In this document: in pieces, positions 63,160 to 64,000 of the stretch
Numbering within the stretch: position 1 is the stretch's first letter
How the letters are laid out: every line of letters starts with the position of its first letter
Assembly (NCBI GenBank): GCA_965237675.1
Contig: OZ250150.1
Span: 608,001-672,000 of the forward strand
Source: Candidatus Latescibacterota bacterium
GTDB taxonomy: Bacteria; Latescibacterota; UBA2968; GCA-2709665
Reading direction: 5' to 3'
Length of the DNA stretch: 64,000 bases
The notes under the pieces: model-generated
Told to the model about the DNA's origin: nothing
Databases searched by the model: none
The model's input: only the letters and a program-made list of their open reading frames with translations
Program-made: the position numbers and the translations under genes

Positions 63160-64000
63160 ATGGAAAATGATCCTCCGTTTGCGCGTGAGACGATAGCCAT
63201 CGTCGGCGTGGGGTTGATTGGCGGCTCTCTTGGTGTGGCGCTCAAGGGTCTGGGCATCGGGCGAAGCATCGTTGGCATCAGCAGGCAGGAGACGCTGGAT
63301 GTAGCCGGCGATTTGGATGTAATCGACGCGGGCTATCGCTATGAGGAACTTGCCGCGGCGATTGCCGACGCGGCGCTGATTTTCCTGTGTACTCCCATAG
63401 TACGTATTCTGAACCTGCTGCCGCAGGTCCTGGGGGCGGCGCGGAAGGGTGCGGTCGTAACCGATGTGGGCAGCACCAAACACGCGATTGTTTCCGCGGC
63501 GATGGCTCATCGGCGGGATGGCGTGTATTTTGTGGGAGGGCACCCGATGGCGGGGTCCGAACATCGTGGGGTCAGCGCGGCGGATCCGTTCCTGTTTCAG
63601 AACGCAATATATGTGTTGACGCCGTCGCCCGATACGCCCGATATCGTGATCGACCGGCTCGCGCGCCTCGTCGGGGCGCTCGGGGCGAGACCCATGAGGA
63701 TGACTCCTCAGACACACGACAGGGCGGCGGCGGCGGTGAGTCACCTGCCGCAGATGATGGCGACAAGCCTGGTGTCCATGATAGGCCGGATGACCGAGGC
63801 CGAAGGGCTGCCGATACGGATGGCGGCAGGCGGTTTTCGGGATCTGACACGCATTGCATCCAGCCCGTATGAGATGTGGCGGGATATCTGCCATACAAAC
63901 GCGGCCCCGATCCGTGAGATGATCGATCTGTATATTGAATCGCTGGCAGCGATTCGGGGGGCAGTAGACCAGGATCGGCTGGAACGGGCATTCGTCCATG
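63160..64000 (+). CDS. tyrA: Prephenate/arogenate dehydrogenase (3' end beyond the window)
   Basis: Read manually: IVGVGLIGGS, TDVGSTK, GGHPMAGSE, HD...A.VSHLP and GGFRDLTRIA. Confidence 0.92.
   Translation, partial: MENDPPFARETIAIVGVGLIGGSLGVALKGLGIGRSIVGISRQETLDVAGDLDVIDAGYRYEELAAAIADAALIFLCTPIVRILNLLPQVLGAARKGAVVTDVGSTKHAIVSAAMAHRRDGVYFVGGHPMAGSEHRGVSAADPFLFQNAIYVLTPSPDTPDIVIDRLARLVGALGARPMRMTPQTHDRAAAAVSHLPQMMATSLVSMIGRMTEAEGLPIRMAAGGFRDLTRIASSPYEMWRDICHTNAAPIREMIDLYIESLAAIRGAVDQDRLERAFVH

Overview
Chromosomal window from a GC-rich diderm bacterium (TonB system, Lgt). The long SecA and the RpoD-like factor lacking region 1.1 suggest an FCB-group lineage, but that is inference. The left end (1-4.8 kb) is a lower-GC accessory patch: two apparently identical IS1380-family copies inserted independently, one splitting a TIGR04255-like gene. 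Next come a metal-uptake locus (CxxC/RAPP uORF, His-motif lipoprotein, TonB-dependent receptor) and a VapBC pair. The middle holds housekeeping and metabolic genes: queD, hinT, yidD, lgt, short purH, sigma factors, acs, queC, CIRCE-groESL, secA, rib operon-nusB, an S55 peptidase/beta-propeller pair and rlmH. The window ends in an aromatic amino acid supra-operon (trpEGDCF-tyrS-DRE-TIM gene-trpBA-chorismate mutase-DAHP synthase-tyrA). The best leads are non-coding or small elements: (1) a 34-aa leader peptide with Phe, Tyr and Trp control codons and a full attenuator ahead of the supra-operon; (2) a promoter- and terminator-bounded ~245-nt structured sRNA candidate downstream of rlmH; (3) a modular MITE-like repeat family whose ends repeatedly coincide with TAG stop codons; (4) a ZTP-riboswitch-like attenuator before purH; (5) the RAPP uORF. 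Family assignments come from motif recognition only; no database searches were run.
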